Assembly: GCA_947452135.1 (NCBI GenBank)
Contig: CANGBT010000002.1
Location: forward strand, 3,586-67,585
DNA: 64,000 nt
Direction: 5' to 3'
Source of the DNA: Burkholderiales bacterium
GTDB taxonomy: Bacteria > Pseudomonadota > Gammaproteobacteria > Burkholderiales > Burkholderiaceae_C
Shown here: in pieces, positions 19,145-30,248 of the stretch
Layout: each line of letters begins with the position of its first letter
Numbering within the stretch: position 1 is the first letter of the stretch
The notes under the pieces: model-generated
What the model saw: the letters and a program-made list of their open reading frames with translations, nothing else
Databases searched by the model: none
Told to the model about the DNA's origin: nothing
Program-made: the position numbers and the translations under genes

Positions 19145-20421
19145 CCCGCCTCCACGACATCGCCGCGCTCATCGACGGCTACGACGCCGAATCGCTGAGC
19201 GTGGTTGCCGCGCAGGCCTTCATCTCGCAGCTCGTGCCTCGGGTGGGAGACGCCGGAAGCGTGCCGCTCAAGGGCGCCCTGGGCCGCGTGCTGGCCCGCG
19301 ACATCGTGTCGCCGATCAACGTGCCCGCCCACGACAACTCGGCGATGGACGGCTACGCCTTGCGCTCGGGCGACCTCGCAGCCGACGTGCCGAACCACTT
19401 GCGGGTGGCCGGCAAGGCGCTGGCCGGCCAGCCCTTCGACGGCAGCGTGGCGGCTGGATCGTGCGTGCGCATCATGACCGGCGCCGTCATGCCGCCCGGC
19501 CTCGACACCGTGGTGCCGCAAGAGCTCGTGCAACTGGCCGGCGACGGCACGGTGACGCTGCCGGCCGGTGTGGTGCGCGCCGGTGACAACCGGCGCCTGG
19601 CAGGCGAAGACCTGTGCTGCGGCGAGGCGGCGCTTCAAGCCGGGCGGTTGCTGCGGCCGGCTGATCTGGGCCTGATCGCCTCGCTCGGTTTCGCGGACGT
19701 GCCGGTGGTGCGGCCGTTGCGGGTGGCTTTCTTTTCCACCGGCAACGAATTGCGCTCGGTCGGCCAAACGCTGGAGGCGGGCTGCCTGTACGACAGCAAC
19801 CGCTACACGCTGTGGGGCATGCTGCTGCGCCTGGGCGTCGAGCCGATCGACATGGGCATCGTGCCCGATGACGCCGCGTCGCTCGAGGCCGCCTTGCGCC
19901 AAGCCACCGAGTGCGCTGACGCGGTCATCACCTCAGGCGGCGTCAGCGTGGGCGAAGCCGACCACACGCGAGCGGTGATGGAAAAGCTCGGCGAGGTGTT
20001 GTTCTGGAAGCTCGCCATGCGCCCGGGCAGGCCGCTGGCAGTCGGCCGCATCGAAAGCCGTGGCCATCAGGCCATCCTGTTCGGCCTGCCGGGCAACCCG
20101 GTGGCGGTGATGGTGACCTTCTATGCGTTCGTGCGCGATGCCCTGCTCGCCATGAGCGGCGCCACGGCAAGTGCACTGCCGATGCTGCGTGCCGCCACCA
20201 CGACAGCCATGCGCAAGCGCCCGGGTCGCACCGAATACCAGCGCGGCATCGTGAGCCGCAGCGCCGATGGCCGCTGGCAGGTTGCTCTCACTGGCTCTCA
20301 GGGCTCGGGCATCCTGCGCAGCATGAGTCTGGCCAACGGTCTGATCGTGCTGGCGCACGATCAAGGCAACGTCGAAGCCGGCGAAGACGTCGACGTGCTG
20401 CCGTTTGACGGGTTGGTCTGA
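19141..20421 (+). CDS. moeA: molybdopterin molybdotransferase MoeA (copy 2)
   Basis: 426 aa ([45 protein letters not shown]). ATGA overlap with the mobA stop. Confidence 0.9.
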   Translation: MTRLHDIAALIDGYDAESLSVVAAQAFISQLVPRVGDAGSVPLKGALGRVLARDIVSPINVPAHDNSAMDGYALRSGDLAADVPNHLRVAGKALAGQPFDGSVAAGSCVRIMTGAVMPPGLDTVVPQELVQLAGDGTVTLPAGVVRAGDNRRLAGEDLCCGEAALQAGRLLRPADLGLIASLGFADVPVVRPLRVAFFSTGNELRSVGQTLEAGCLYDSNRYTLWGMLLRLGVEPIDMGIVPDDAASLEAALRQATECADAVITSGGVSVGEADHTRAVMEKLGEVLFWKLAMRPGRPLAVGRIESRGHQAILFGLPGNPVAVMVTFYAFVRDALLAMSGATASALPMLRAATTTAMRKRPGRTEYQRGIVSRSADGRWQVALTGSQGSGILRSMSLANGLIVLAHDQGNVEAGEDVDVLPFDGLV

Positions 20422-20560
20422 CTGACGACACCCGGGTTCGTTCTTCGCCTGGAGGCGGGATCGCCGCCGCGCCCGAGATCAACGAAACACCTTGTACCGC
20501 CGCCGGTACTCCAGACCCGCCTGGCGGTCACCTGCGCCGCGTCAAGCGGCGCAGCAACAC

Positions 20561-21007
20561 TCAGGCGTCGGCCGACGCCAGATCGAACAGCGAGGTGGCT
20601 TCAAGGTCGAGGACCTCGACGTCGAGCTGGTTGAACAGTTGCCAGCGCCAGCGCAAGACGCCCAGATCAGGCCGGCTGCGCGATGTGCGCGTGTCCAGCA
20701 CTTCGGCGCGCAGGCGCAACTGATCGCCAGGACGCACGGGATGCGGCCACTTCACATAAGCCAGCCCCGGACTGGCAATGGCGTTCGAGTCCTGCAGCAT
20801 GGCATCGGCCGCCAGACGCATCGCGATGCAGCAGGTTTGCCAGCCGCTCGCAATCAGACCGCCAAAGCGCCCTCGCGCCGCCGCCTCGGGGTCGGTGTGG
20901 AACCACTGAGGATCGAACTCGGTCGCGAAGCGGACGATCTCATCGGAACTCACGCTGCACGGGCCGGCCTGGATGACCTGCCCGGCGTGAAACTCGGCGA
21001 ACTTCAT
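20561..21007 (-). CDS. MaoC-like (R)-hydratase/dehydratase hot-dog protein
   Basis: 148 aa from ATG 21005-21007 (FDPQWFHTDPEAAARGRFGGLIASGWQT). Confidence 0.8.
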   Translation of the reverse strand: MKFAEFHAGQVIQAGPCSVSSDEIVRFATEFDPQWFHTDPEAAARGRFGGLIASGWQTCCIAMRLAADAMLQDSNAIASPGLAYVKWPHPVRPGDQLRLRAEVLDTRTSRSRPDLGVLRWRWQLFNQLDVEVLDLEATSLFDLASADA

Positions 21008-21089
21008 GTCGCAACGCGCGACGCGCGCTGCGACACCAGCCGCATCAAAGGAACCTCGAACGCATTCATCGCTCAGGCCCCCTGACGCA

Positions 21090-23498
21090 TCAGCGCTTGG
21101 CCAAGCGCTGCCAGGTCTCGACCACCGTGTCGGGGTTGAGCGAGATCGACAGGATGCCTTCATCGGCCAGCCAATCGGCAAAGTCGGGGTGATCGCTCGG
21201 GCCCTGACCGCAAATGCCGATGTACTTGCCGGCTGCGCGGCACGCTGCGATCGCCTTGGAGATCAGCGCCTTGACGGCAGGGTCGCGCTCGTCGAAATCA
21301 CGCGCCAGCAACTCCAGGCCGGAGTCGCGGTCCAGGCCCAGCGTGAGCTGCGTCAGGTCGTTCGAGCCGATCGACATGCCGTCGAAGAACTCAAGGAACT
21401 GCTCGGCCAGGATGGCGTTGCTCGGCACCTCGCACATCATGATCAGGCGCAGCCCGTCGGTACCACCCTTGGCGGCGCGCCTGAGTCCGCGCTCTGCGAG
21501 CATTTCCGTGACGCGTTGCGCCTGGCCCAGCGTGCGCACGAACGGAACCATGATCTCGACGTTGGTCAGACCCATGTCGCCGCGCACCCGCTTGAGCGCT
21601 TCGCATTCCATCGCGAAGGCCTCGCCGAACGCTTCGCTGATGTAGCGCGAGGCACCACGGAAGCCCAGCATCGGGTTTTCTTCCTCGGGCTCGTAGCGTG
21701 AGCCGCCGATCAGCTTGCGGTACTCGTTGCTCTTGAAGTCGCTCAGGCGAACGATCACCGGCTTGGGCCAGAAGGCGGCCGCGATGGTGGCGATGCCCTC
21801 GACGAGCTTGTCGACGTAGAACGCCCGTGGCGACGCATGACCGCGCGCCACCGATTCGACGGCTTTCTTCAGGTCGAGGTCGATGTTCGGGTAGTCGAGG
21901 ATCGCCTTCGGGTGCACGCCGATGTTGTTGTTGATGATGAACTCGAGCCGAGCGAGGCCGACGCCGCTGTTGGGCATCTGCGCGAAGTCGAACGCGAGCT
22001 GCGGGTTGCCCACGTTCATCATGATCTTGATCGGGCAGCTGGGCAGCTCGCCACGCACCACATCGCTGACTTCGGTCTCGAGCAAGCCGTCGTAGATGTA
22101 GCCGGTGTCGCCTTCGGAGCACGCCACGGTGACCAGCGCGCCGTCCTTGAGCGATTCGGTGGCGTCACCGCAACCGACCACCGCCGGCACGCCGAGTTCG
22201 CGGGCGATGATGGCCGCGTGGCAGGTGCGCCCACCCCGGTTGGTGACGATGGCACTGGCGCGCTTCATCACGGGCTCCCAGTTGGGGTCGGTCATGTCGG
22301 TGACCAGGATGTCGCCGGGCTGCACGGTGTCCATGTCGGCCAGGCTGTGCACGATGCGCACGGGGCCGGTGCCGATGCGCTGACCAATGGCGCGGCCTTC
22401 AGCCAGCACAGTGCCGGTGCTCTTGAGCTGGTAGCGCTGCTCGGCCTTCCCCTCGGATTGGCTCTTCACGGTTTCGGGGCGCGCTTGCAGGATGTAGAGC
22501 TTGCCGTCGCCGCCGTCCTTGCCCCACTCGATGTCCATCGCTCGCCCGTAGTGCGTCTCGATGATCAGCGCGTACTGCGCCAGTTCGGTCACGTCGGCAT
22601 CGCTCAGCGAGTAGCGGTTGCGCTGCTCGGGCGCGGTGTCCACGGTGGTCACGAGCTTGCCACTGGCGGCGCGGTCGGCCGCGCTGGCGAATTCCATCTT
22701 GATCAGCTTGGAGCCCAGATTGCGTCGGATGACAGCCTGGCGGCCGGCGCGCAGCGAGGGCTTGTGCACATAGAACTCGTCAGGGTTGACGGCGCCTTGC
22801 ACCACGGTTTCACCAAGGCCATAGCTCGAGGTGATGAACACCACGTCCTTGAAGCCGCTTTCGGTGTCGATGGTGAACATCACACCGGCCGCGCCGAGGT
22901 CGGAGCGCACCATGCGCTGCACGCCGGCCGACAAGGCCACATCGGCATGCGCGAAGCCCTTGTGGACGCGGTAGCTGATGGCACGGTCGTTGTAGAGGCT
23001 GGCGAACACCTCCTTCATCTTGTGCAGCACCTCGTCGATGCCCACCACGTTGAGGAAGGTCTCCTGCTGGCCGGCAAAGCTGGCATCGGGCAGGTCTTCG
23101 GCGGTGGCCGACGAGCGCACAGCGAACGATGCGCCCGGGTTGCCCGCGCTCAGCGATTCGAAGTGACGGCGAATGTCGGCGTCAAGATCGGCCGGAAACG
23201 GCGTGTCCTCGATCCACTGACGGATTTGCGCGCCAGCTTCGGCCAGTGCGCGCACGTCTTCGGTGTTGAGCGTGGACAAGCGCTGCTCGATGCGCACGGC
23301 CAGGCCGTTGTGCGCGAGAAACTGGCGAAATGCGTGTGCGGTGGTCGCAAAACCTCCGGGCACCCGCACGCCGGTGGCGGACAACTGGCTGATCATTTCG
23401 CCGAGTGAGGCGTTCTTGCCGCCGACCGACTCGACGTCGGTCATTCTCAAGGCATCGAAAGGTACGACCAGGGCGGTCGCCAATGGCTGGGTTGACAT
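21090..23498 (-). CDS. ppsA: phosphoenolpyruvate synthase
   Basis: 802 aa from ATG 23496-23498 ([29 protein letters not shown] phospho-His region, [17 protein letters not shown]). Confidence 0.95.
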   Translation of the reverse strand: MSTQPLATALVVPFDALRMTDVESVGGKNASLGEMISQLSATGVRVPGGFATTAHAFRQFLAHNGLAVRIEQRLSTLNTEDVRALAEAGAQIRQWIEDTPFPADLDADIRRHFESLSAGNPGASFAVRSSATAEDLPDASFAGQQETFLNVVGIDEVLHKMKEVFASLYNDRAISYRVHKGFAHADVALSAGVQRMVRSDLGAAGVMFTIDTESGFKDVVFITSSYGLGETVVQGAVNPDEFYVHKPSLRAGRQAVIRRNLGSKLIKMEFASAADRAASGKLVTTVDTAPEQRNRYSLSDADVTELAQYALIIETHYGRAMDIEWGKDGGDGKLYILQARPETVKSQSEGKAEQRYQLKSTGTVLAEGRAIGQRIGTGPVRIVHSLADMDTVQPGDILVTDMTDPNWEPVMKRASAIVTNRGGRTCHAAIIARELGVPAVVGCGDATESLKDGALVTVACSEGDTGYIYDGLLETEVSDVVRGELPSCPIKIMMNVGNPQLAFDFAQMPNSGVGLARLEFIINNNIGVHPKAILDYPNIDLDLKKAVESVARGHASPRAFYVDKLVEGIATIAAAFWPKPVIVRLSDFKSNEYRKLIGGSRYEPEEENPMLGFRGASRYISEAFGEAFAMECEALKRVRGDMGLTNVEIMVPFVRTLGQAQRVTEMLAERGLRRAAKGGTDGLRLIMMCEVPSNAILAEQFLEFFDGMSIGSNDLTQLTLGLDRDSGLELLARDFDERDPAVKALISKAIAACRAAGKYIGICGQGPSDHPDFADWLADEGILSISLNPDTVVETWQRLAKR

Positions 23499-23714
23499 GG
23501 AAGAGCTCCGTAAGGTGAAAAAACCGGTGCCCCGTGCCAACACAAAGCCCAGCCCGAGCAACGCTTCGAGGGCTGATCACTGAACGCACGCCGGTCGCGA
23601 ATGACGTCTCGGGGCGCAGGAATGGGGGCTCGCATGGAAGTCATAAGGGGAGTCAGACGAGTTTACGGTCGAATTCCCTATCATCCGGCAGCCTTTTCAA
23701 GCGAGCGATGCCCC

Positions 23715-24536
23715 ATGCCGAACCGCACGATCTTCTTTGTTTCCGATGGCACCGGCATCACCGCCGAGACCTTTGGCAATTCGATCCTGAACCAGTTTTC
23801 GATCCGCCCGCACCATGTGCGGCGCCCCTTCATCGACACCGTCGACAAGGCACACCAGGTGGTTCGTGAAATCAACCACTCGGCAGACCTCGAAGGACGC
23901 CGTCCGGTGGTCTTCGTCACGCTCATCGATCCCGAGGTGCAAGCCATCGTCAAGGCGCAGTGCAAGGGTCTGGTGCTCGACTTGTTCAACACCTTCATCG
24001 AGCCGCTCGAGGCCGAGTTTGGGGTGACCTCCAATCACCGGGTGGGGCGGTTCTCCGACGTGTCGAAGAGCCAGGAGTACACCAACCGGATCGAAGCCAT
24101 CAACTTTTCGCTCGCCCACGATGATGGGCAGTCGTCGAAGAATCTCGCCACCGCCGATGTGATCCTGGTGGGCGTGAGCCGCAGCGGCAAGACGCCCACG
24201 TCGCTGTACCTCGCGATGCAGCACGGCATCAAGGCCGCCAACTACCCGCTGATCCCGGAAGACTTCGACCGGGGGCACATCCCGCCGTGCCTTGCGCCGC
24301 ACAAGGGCAAGTGCTTCGGGCTGACGATCGACCCGGTTCGGCTCAACCAGATTCGCACTGAACGCCGCCCCGACAGCGAATACGCCTCGATCGAGAACTG
24401 CCGCTACGAGGTACGCGAGGCCGAAACCATGATGCGCCGCGAAGGCATCGCCTGGCTGTCGTCGACCCACAAGTCCATCGAAGAGATCGCCACCACCATC
24501 CTGAGCGACATCCGACCCGACAGGCTGATGTATTGA
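23715..24536 (+). CDS. ppsR: PEP synthase regulatory kinase/pyrophosphorylase PpsR (DUF299)
   Basis: 273 aa from ATG 23715 (TIFFVSDGTGITAETFG...VGVSRSGKTPTSLYLA). Divergent from ppsA. Confidence 0.9.
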   Translation: MPNRTIFFVSDGTGITAETFGNSILNQFSIRPHHVRRPFIDTVDKAHQVVREINHSADLEGRRPVVFVTLIDPEVQAIVKAQCKGLVLDLFNTFIEPLEAEFGVTSNHRVGRFSDVSKSQEYTNRIEAINFSLAHDDGQSSKNLATADVILVGVSRSGKTPTSLYLAMQHGIKAANYPLIPEDFDRGHIPPCLAPHKGKCFGLTIDPVRLNQIRTERRPDSEYASIENCRYEVREAETMMRREGIAWLSSTHKSIEEIATTILSDIRPDRLMY

Positions 24537-24561
24537 AGCGCGTCCTTCGACGGGGCGGTCA

Positions 24562-25779
24562 TTGATGCCGCATTTCGACGCAGTGGTCATCGGGGCCGGC
24601 GCCGCCGGGCTGCATTGCGCGGCGATGGCCGGACAGCTTGGCGCGCGCGTGCTGCTCATCGATCACGCCGAGCGGGTGGCCGAAAAGATCCGCATCTCAG
24701 GCGGCGGGCGTTGCAACTTCACCAACCGCGACACCACGCCGGCGCAGTTCGTGTCGGCCAATCCGCACTTTTGCCGCTCGGCGCTGGCGCGCTACACGCC
24801 GCAGGACTTCATTGCCTTGCTGCAGCGGCACCGCATCGCCTTCCACGAAAAGCACAAGGGCCAACTGTTTTGCGATGAGTCGAGCGAAGACATCATTCGC
24901 ATGCTGCTGCGCGAATGCGAAGCCGGCGGCGTGACGCGCTGGCAGCCCTGCGCGGTAGGCGAGGTGTCACACGGCGAGAGCGGCTTCGACATCGGCACCG
25001 ACCGCGGCCCGGTGCGTGCAGCGCAACTGGTGATCGCCACCGGCGGGTTGTCGATTCCGCAGATCGGGGCCACCGACTTCGGGCACCGGTTGGCCCGGCA
25101 GTTCGGTCACAAGATCGTCGAGACACGCCCGGCGCTGGTCCCGCTGACGTTCGATGCAGCGGCGTGGCAGCCGTTCGTCACGCTGGCGGGTCTGTCGGTC
25201 GAGGCCGTGGTTGCCACCGGCAGCGGCAAGACGCGCGGCGAATTCGCCGAAGACCTGCTGTTCACCCATCGCGGGCTGAGCGGACCGGCCGTGCTGCAGA
25301 TCTCGACCTACTGGCGCCCCGGCACACCGCTGGATCTGGATCTCGTACCCCAACACGATCTGCACGCCGTGTTGGCTGGGGCCAAGTCCAATTCACGACG
25401 CAAGCTGAGCAACGAACTCGCCGAGTGGCTGCCCCGTCGTCTGTCTGACACCTGGCTCGCCACCCATACCGATGTGCAGGATCGGTCGATGCCCGAGGTG
25501 CGCGACCGCGACATCGCAACGCTGGCAGCCGGTCTCAAGCACTGGAGCGTGACGCCCAACGGCACCGAGGGCTACCGCAAGGCGGAGGTCACTTCGGGCG
25601 GCGTCGACACCCGTGAGATCAGTTCGACCACGATGGAGAGCAAGCGCGTCGCCGGGCTTCATTTCATCGGCGAGGTGGTGGACGTGACAGGCTGGCTCGG
25701 TGGCTACAACTTCCAGTGGGCGTGGGCCAGTGCAGCTGCTTGTGCACAAAGCGTTGCCAAGCTCTCAGTCACTGGTTAG
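24562..25779 (+). CDS. HI0933/BaiN-family FAD-dependent oxidoreductase
   Basis: 405 aa ([31 protein letters not shown]-like [17 protein letters not shown]). Confidence 0.8.
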   Translation: MMPHFDAVVIGAGAAGLHCAAMAGQLGARVLLIDHAERVAEKIRISGGGRCNFTNRDTTPAQFVSANPHFCRSALARYTPQDFIALLQRHRIAFHEKHKGQLFCDESSEDIIRMLLRECEAGGVTRWQPCAVGEVSHGESGFDIGTDRGPVRAAQLVIATGGLSIPQIGATDFGHRLARQFGHKIVETRPALVPLTFDAAAWQPFVTLAGLSVEAVVATGSGKTRGEFAEDLLFTHRGLSGPAVLQISTYWRPGTPLDLDLVPQHDLHAVLAGAKSNSRRKLSNELAEWLPRRLSDTWLATHTDVQDRSMPEVRDRDIATLAAGLKHWSVTPNGTEGYRKAEVTSGGVDTREISSTTMESKRVAGLHFIGEVVDVTGWLGGYNFQWAWASAAACAQSVAKLSVTG

Positions 25780-25829
25780 AATCTCGGGCTTCGCGCACTC
25801 GGCGCCTTCAATCTGGACCCTTTCGATAC

Positions 25830-26042
25830 ATGACTACGATCCGCGTGAAAGAAAACGAGCCGTTCGACGTGGCACTGCGTCGCTTCAAGCGCACCATCGA
25901 GAAACTCGGCTTGCTGACCGACCTGCGGGCACGCGAGTTCTACGAAAAGCCGACCGCCGAGCGCAAGCGCAAGAAGGCTGCGGCCGTCAAGCGTCATTAC
26001 AAGCGCGTGCGCAGCATGCAACTGCCCAAGAAGCTGTTCTGA
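25830..26042 (+). CDS. rpsU: 30S ribosomal protein S21
   Basis: 70 aa from ATG 25830 ([55 protein letters not shown]). Confidence 0.95.
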   Translation: MTTIRVKENEPFDVALRRFKRTIEKLGLLTDLRAREFYEKPTAERKRKKAAAVKRHYKRVRSMQLPKKLF

Positions 26043-26064
26043 TCAGCCTCTTCGCAGTACCAAA

Positions 26065-26090
26065 GGGCCCGCTCACCGCGGGCTTTTTCT
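26065..26090 (+). terminator. intrinsic terminator after rpsU
   Basis: GCCCGC-tcacc-GCGGGC followed by TTTTTCTTT. Confidence 0.7.
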
Positions 26091-26115
26091 TTGCAACCCT
26101 TGATCGAGTCTGACC

Positions 26116-26562
26116 ATGACGCTGAAAGACCAAATCACCGAGGACATGAAGACTGCGATGCGCGCCAAGGATGCGCCTCGCCTGTTGACGATCCGCGGCT
26201 TGCTGGCGGCGTGCAAGCAGCGCGAAGTCGACGAGCGCATCGTGCTCGATGACGCTGCGGTGGTGGCCATCGTCGACAAGCTGATCAAGCAGCGCAAGGA
26301 TTCGATCTCGCAGTTCGCTTCAGCGGGCCGTACCGATCTGGTCGACAAGGAAACCGCAGAGTTGCAGGTGCTTGAGGGCTACTTGCCGCAGCGCCTCAGC
26401 GCTGACGAAATCACCGCTGAAGTGCGCGCCATCGTGACCGAACTCGGCGCCACAGGTCCAGGCGACATGGGCAAGGTGATGGCGGCGGTCAAGGCCCGTC
26501 TGGCTGGCAAGGCCGACATGGGTCTGGTGTCGTCCACCGTGAAGCAAGCGCTGGCGGGTTGA
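26116..26562 (+). CDS. GatB/YqeY domain protein
   Basis: 148 aa (MTLKDQITEDMKTAMRAKD...LIKQRKDSISQF...GDMGKVMAAVK). Confidence 0.85.
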   Translation: MTLKDQITEDMKTAMRAKDAPRLLTIRGLLAACKQREVDERIVLDDAAVVAIVDKLIKQRKDSISQFASAGRTDLVDKETAELQVLEGYLPQRLSADEITAEVRAIVTELGATGPGDMGKVMAAVKARLAGKADMGLVSSTVKQALAG

Positions 26563-26585
26563 TCCGACCGGCCCAAGGAGACCAC

Positions 26586-26930
26586 ATGAACCTGCCACCG
26601 CTTCGCCCGCTGAGCACCGACGTCAGCGTGGCCGGGCAACTTGAGGAATCCGCGATGGCTGCCTTGGCGCATGCCGGCTTCAAGAGCGTCATCAACAACC
26701 GCCCTGACCACGAGGGCGGGCCCGATCAACCCACGAGTGCCTCGATGGCGTCGGCGGCGAGTTCCGCAGGGTTGGCCTACGCGTACCTGCCCGTGAGTCC
26801 GGCGGTGCAAACTGCCGATGAGATCGCGCAGTTTCGTGCCTTGGTCGACACGCTGCCCAAGCCCATCCTGGCGTTTTGCCGCACGGGCACGCGTTGCGGC
26901 AAGCTGTTTCAGGCGGCACAGCTGGCGTGA
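26586..26930 (+). CDS. TIGR01244/DUF442-like (BLH N-domain, phosphatase/sulfur-transferase-like) protein
   Basis: About 114 aa from ATG 26586 (SVAGQLEESAMAALAHAGFKSVINNRPDHEG...AYAYLPV...LAFCRTGTRC). Confidence 0.6.
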   Translation: MNLPPLRPLSTDVSVAGQLEESAMAALAHAGFKSVINNRPDHEGGPDQPTSASMASAASSAGLAYAYLPVSPAVQTADEIAQFRALVDTLPKPILAFCRTGTRCGKLFQAAQLA

Positions 26931-26944
26931 AGTTCTGGCCCGCC

Positions 26945-27532
26945 ATGTTCGGGCTGTCGAGATTGATCGATCGGCTCAACGACGCCTTGGGGCGGTGGGT
27001 GTCCTGGCTGGTGCTGGCCGCCGTTCTGATCAGCGCGGGCAACGCGCTCGTGCGCAAGCTGTCCAACAGCAGCTCCAACGCCTTTCTTGAGATCCAGTGG
27101 TACCTGTTCGCCGCGGTGTTCCTGCTGGCAGCGGGCCGCACCTTGCTCACGCAGGATCACGTGCGCATCGATGTCCTGTCGTCACGTTTTTCGGCGCGCA
27201 CGCAGTCTTGGATCGAGGTGTTCGGGCTGGTGGCGTTTCTGTTGCCACTGGTGACAGTGGTGATCACGCTGTCGTGGCCGCTGGTGGTGCGAGCCTTTGT
27301 CAGCGGCGAGGTCTCGAGCAACGCGGGCGGCCTGGTGCGCTGGCCGGTGATGGCCCTGGTGCCGCTGGGCTTCGCATTGCTGGGTCTGCAAGGGTTGTCT
27401 GAACTGATCAAGCGCATCGGTCATCTGATGGGCCGCCTGCCAGCACCGTCGGGCGGCCGGGGCAACAACATCGACATGCCGCCGGCGGCAACCGCGGTTG
27501 GCACGTCGGACCAACCAGGTCACACCGCATGA
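26945..27532 (+). CDS. TRAP transporter small permease (DctQ-type)
   Basis: Four hydrophobic helices (MFGLSRLIDRLNDALGRWVSWLVLAAVL). An alternative GTG at 26927 would overlap the previous stop. Confidence 0.8.
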   Translation: MFGLSRLIDRLNDALGRWVSWLVLAAVLISAGNALVRKLSNSSSNAFLEIQWYLFAAVFLLAAGRTLLTQDHVRIDVLSSRFSARTQSWIEVFGLVAFLLPLVTVVITLSWPLVVRAFVSGEVSSNAGGLVRWPVMALVPLGFALLGLQGLSELIKRIGHLMGRLPAPSGGRGNNIDMPPAATAVGTSDQPGHTA

Positions 27533-29106
27533 CCGAACTGCTCGCCGCGAACATGGCACCGGTGATGTTTGCATCGCTGGTGGTGTTCCTTCTGGTGGGC
27601 TTTCCGGTGGCGTTCTCGCTGGGCGCGTGCGGGCTGTTCTACGCGCTGGTCGGCATCAAGCTGGGGCTGATGCCGGCGTCGCTGATGCAAGCGCTGCCGC
27701 TGCGCATCTTCGGGATCATGCAGAACGACACGCTGCTAGCGATCCCGTTCTTCACCTTCATGGGGCTGATCCTCGAGCGCTCGGGCATGGCCGAGGATCT
27801 GCTCGACACCATCGGACAGTTGTTCGGCCCGGTGCGTGGCGGTCTGGCATACGCAGTGATCTTCGTGGGAGCGATGCTCGCGGCCACCACCGGTGTGGTC
27901 GCCGCGTCGGTCATCTCGATGGGTCTGATCTCGCTGCCCATCATGCTGCGCTACGGCTACGACCGCCGCCTGGCCGCCGGCGTCATCGCCGCGTCCGGCA
28001 CCTTGGCGCAGATCATCCCGCCGTCGCTGGTGCTGATCGTTCTGGCAGACCAGCTCGGCCAATCGGTGGGCGACCTGTATCAAGGTGCTCTGGTGCCGGC
28101 GCTGCTGCTGACAGGCCTGTACGTGGTCTACGTGGCGGGGATCAGCCTGGTACGTCCCCAATGGGTGCCTGCGCTACCGCCGGAGGCGCGCACATTAGGT
28201 CGGCAGCACACCGGCAACGACGTGCCAGCAAGCCTCATGGCGCAAGCCCGACTGATCTGGCGAGTGGCCGTGGTGCTGGTGCCGCCGCTGGCGTTGATCT
28301 TTCTGGTGCTCGGCACCATCTTTTTGGGCATCGCCACACCCACCGAGGGCGGTGCGATGGGTGCTGTGGGGGCTCTGATCATCGCTCTGGTCAACCGCCG
28401 CCTCAGCCTGCTGCTGATGCGTCAGGCGATGGAAAGCACCGCCCGCCTGTCGTGCTTTGTGATGTTCATCCTGATCGGCTCCACGGTGTTCAGCCTGGCA
28501 TTCCAGGCGGTCGATGGACCGAAGTGGGTCGAGCACCTGCTGGTCTCGCTGCCGGGGGGCGTGCTGGGCTTCCTGATCGTGGTCAACCTGCTGATCTTCG
28601 GCCTGGCCTTTTTCCTCGACTTTTTCGAGCTCGCCTTCATCGTCGTGCCGCTGCTCGCGCCGGTGGCAACCTCGCTGGGCATCGATCTGGTGTGGTTTGG
28701 CGTCTTGCTGGCGGTGAACATGCAGACCTCGTTCATGCACCCGCCATTTGGCTTTGCGCTGTTCTACCTGCGCAGCGTGGCCCCGGAGATCGAGTACGAC
28801 GATGCAGTCACCGGCCGAAAGATCGCACCGGTCACGATCGGCCAGATCTACCGAGGCGCCATTCCGTTCGTGCTGATCCAGTTGATGATGGTGGCGCTGA
28901 TCATCAGCTTCCCGGGCGTGGTGTCCCGAGCCCGCGACCCGGCATCCGGGATCGACGCCGATGCCGCGCTGCGGCAGATGCAAACGAACACCGAGGCGGC
29001 CACTGCCGCTGAAGAGGCTGCATCGGAGTCAGCAGCGGTGGACGATGACCCGATGAAAGCGATGCAGCAGTCCATGCAGGCCGATCGGCTGCGCGCACCC
29101 CGGTGA
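27529..29106 (+). CDS. TRAP transporter large permease (DctM-type)
   Basis: 525 aa polytopic membrane protein. ATGA overlap with the small-permease stop. Confidence 0.85.
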   Translation: MTELLAANMAPVMFASLVVFLLVGFPVAFSLGACGLFYALVGIKLGLMPASLMQALPLRIFGIMQNDTLLAIPFFTFMGLILERSGMAEDLLDTIGQLFGPVRGGLAYAVIFVGAMLAATTGVVAASVISMGLISLPIMLRYGYDRRLAAGVIAASGTLAQIIPPSLVLIVLADQLGQSVGDLYQGALVPALLLTGLYVVYVAGISLVRPQWVPALPPEARTLGRQHTGNDVPASLMAQARLIWRVAVVLVPPLALIFLVLGTIFLGIATPTEGGAMGAVGALIIALVNRRLSLLLMRQAMESTARLSCFVMFILIGSTVFSLAFQAVDGPKWVEHLLVSLPGGVLGFLIVVNLLIFGLAFFLDFFELAFIVVPLLAPVATSLGIDLVWFGVLLAVNMQTSFMHPPFGFALFYLRSVAPEIEYDDAVTGRKIAPVTIGQIYRGAIPFVLIQLMMVALIISFPGVVSRARDPASGIDADAALRQMQTNTEAATAAEEAASESAAVDDDPMKAMQQSMQADRLRAPR

Positions 29107-29121
29107 CGGGGGCTGGCGCCG

Positions 29122-30204
29122 TCAGACCTTCAAACCCTGCATGTAGCGGTCGTAGCTCGCCTCTGCAAACCTGGACCACAAGTTCTGTTCGCGCAGGAAC
29201 GCCGCGTAGTCCTCGTGCACCTTGCGCCAGTTGGGGTTCTTCTCGCTCAGTTCGTCGTAGAGCGCCATCGACTGCTTGTAGGCCTCGTCGAGCACGGTCT
29301 TGGGAAACGGGAGTACCTTCACGCCGTTGCTGATCAGCGCCTTCAGCGCAGCCGGATTCTTCGAGTCGTAGTTGGCCTGCATGTCGACGTGCGCGTGAGA
29401 CGCAGCAGCCTCGACGATCGCCTTGTGCTCGGGCGTCAGGGCTGCGTAGGCCTGGGTGTTGACGTAGAAGTCGAGCTCGGCGCTGCCCTCCCACCAGCCT
29501 GGGTAGTAGTAGTACGGCGCCACCTTGTAGAGGCCCAATTTCTGGTCGTCGTACGGGCCGATCCACTCGGCGGCATCGATGGTGCCTTTTTCCAGTGCCT
29601 GATAAACCTCGCCACCAGCGATGTTCTGAGCCACTCCACCCATGCGCTCGATCACCCGGCCGGCGAAGCCACCAATGCGAATCTTCAAGCCCTTGATGTC
29701 AGCAGGCGACTTGATCTCCTTGCGGTAGAAGCCGCCCATCTGAGCGCCGGTGTTGCCGCCTGGAAAGCTGATGATGTTGTACTTGGCATAGAACTCGCGC
29801 ATGAGCTTCAGCCCGTTGCCGCGGTACATCCAGGCCGTGAGTTGCCGCGAATTCATCCCGAACGGGATGGCCGCGCCGATCGCGAAGGTCTCGTCCTTGC
29901 CGAAGAAGTAATACGGCGCCGTGTGCGCCATCTCGACCGTCGCCGCCTGGACGCCATCGACCACGCCGAACGCGGGCATCAACTCACCGGCCGCATGCAC
30001 GCTGATCTGGAAGCGCCCGCCCGTCATCTCGCCGACCTTCTTGGCGAAGGTCTCGGCCCCGCCGAAGATGGTGTCGAGCGACTTCGGGAAGCTCGAGGCC
30101 AGCCGCCAGCGAAGGCTGGGCTCTGCCCGAACCACCGCAGGGGCAACCCCGGCAGCGAGCACGCCGGCCAAACCGCTATGACGAATGAATCGACGACGTT
30201 GCAT
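29122..30204 (-). CDS. TRAP transporter periplasmic solute-binding protein (DctP/TakP-like) with twin-arginine leader
   Basis: 360 aa (MQRRRFIRHSGLAGVLAAGVAPAVVRA leader, then a DctP-like fold). Convergent with the permease genes. Confidence 0.8.
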   Translation of the reverse strand: MQRRRFIRHSGLAGVLAAGVAPAVVRAEPSLRWRLASSFPKSLDTIFGGAETFAKKVGEMTGGRFQISVHAAGELMPAFGVVDGVQAATVEMAHTAPYYFFGKDETFAIGAAIPFGMNSRQLTAWMYRGNGLKLMREFYAKYNIISFPGGNTGAQMGGFYRKEIKSPADIKGLKIRIGGFAGRVIERMGGVAQNIAGGEVYQALEKGTIDAAEWIGPYDDQKLGLYKVAPYYYYPGWWEGSAELDFYVNTQAYAALTPEHKAIVEAAASHAHVDMQANYDSKNPAALKALISNGVKVLPFPKTVLDEAYKQSMALYDELSEKNPNWRKVHEDYAAFLREQNLWSRFAEASYDRYMQGLKV

Positions 30205-30248
30205 GCTCAGTCACTCCATGGATGTGGCGCACCGCGCCGGGTTGGGAT

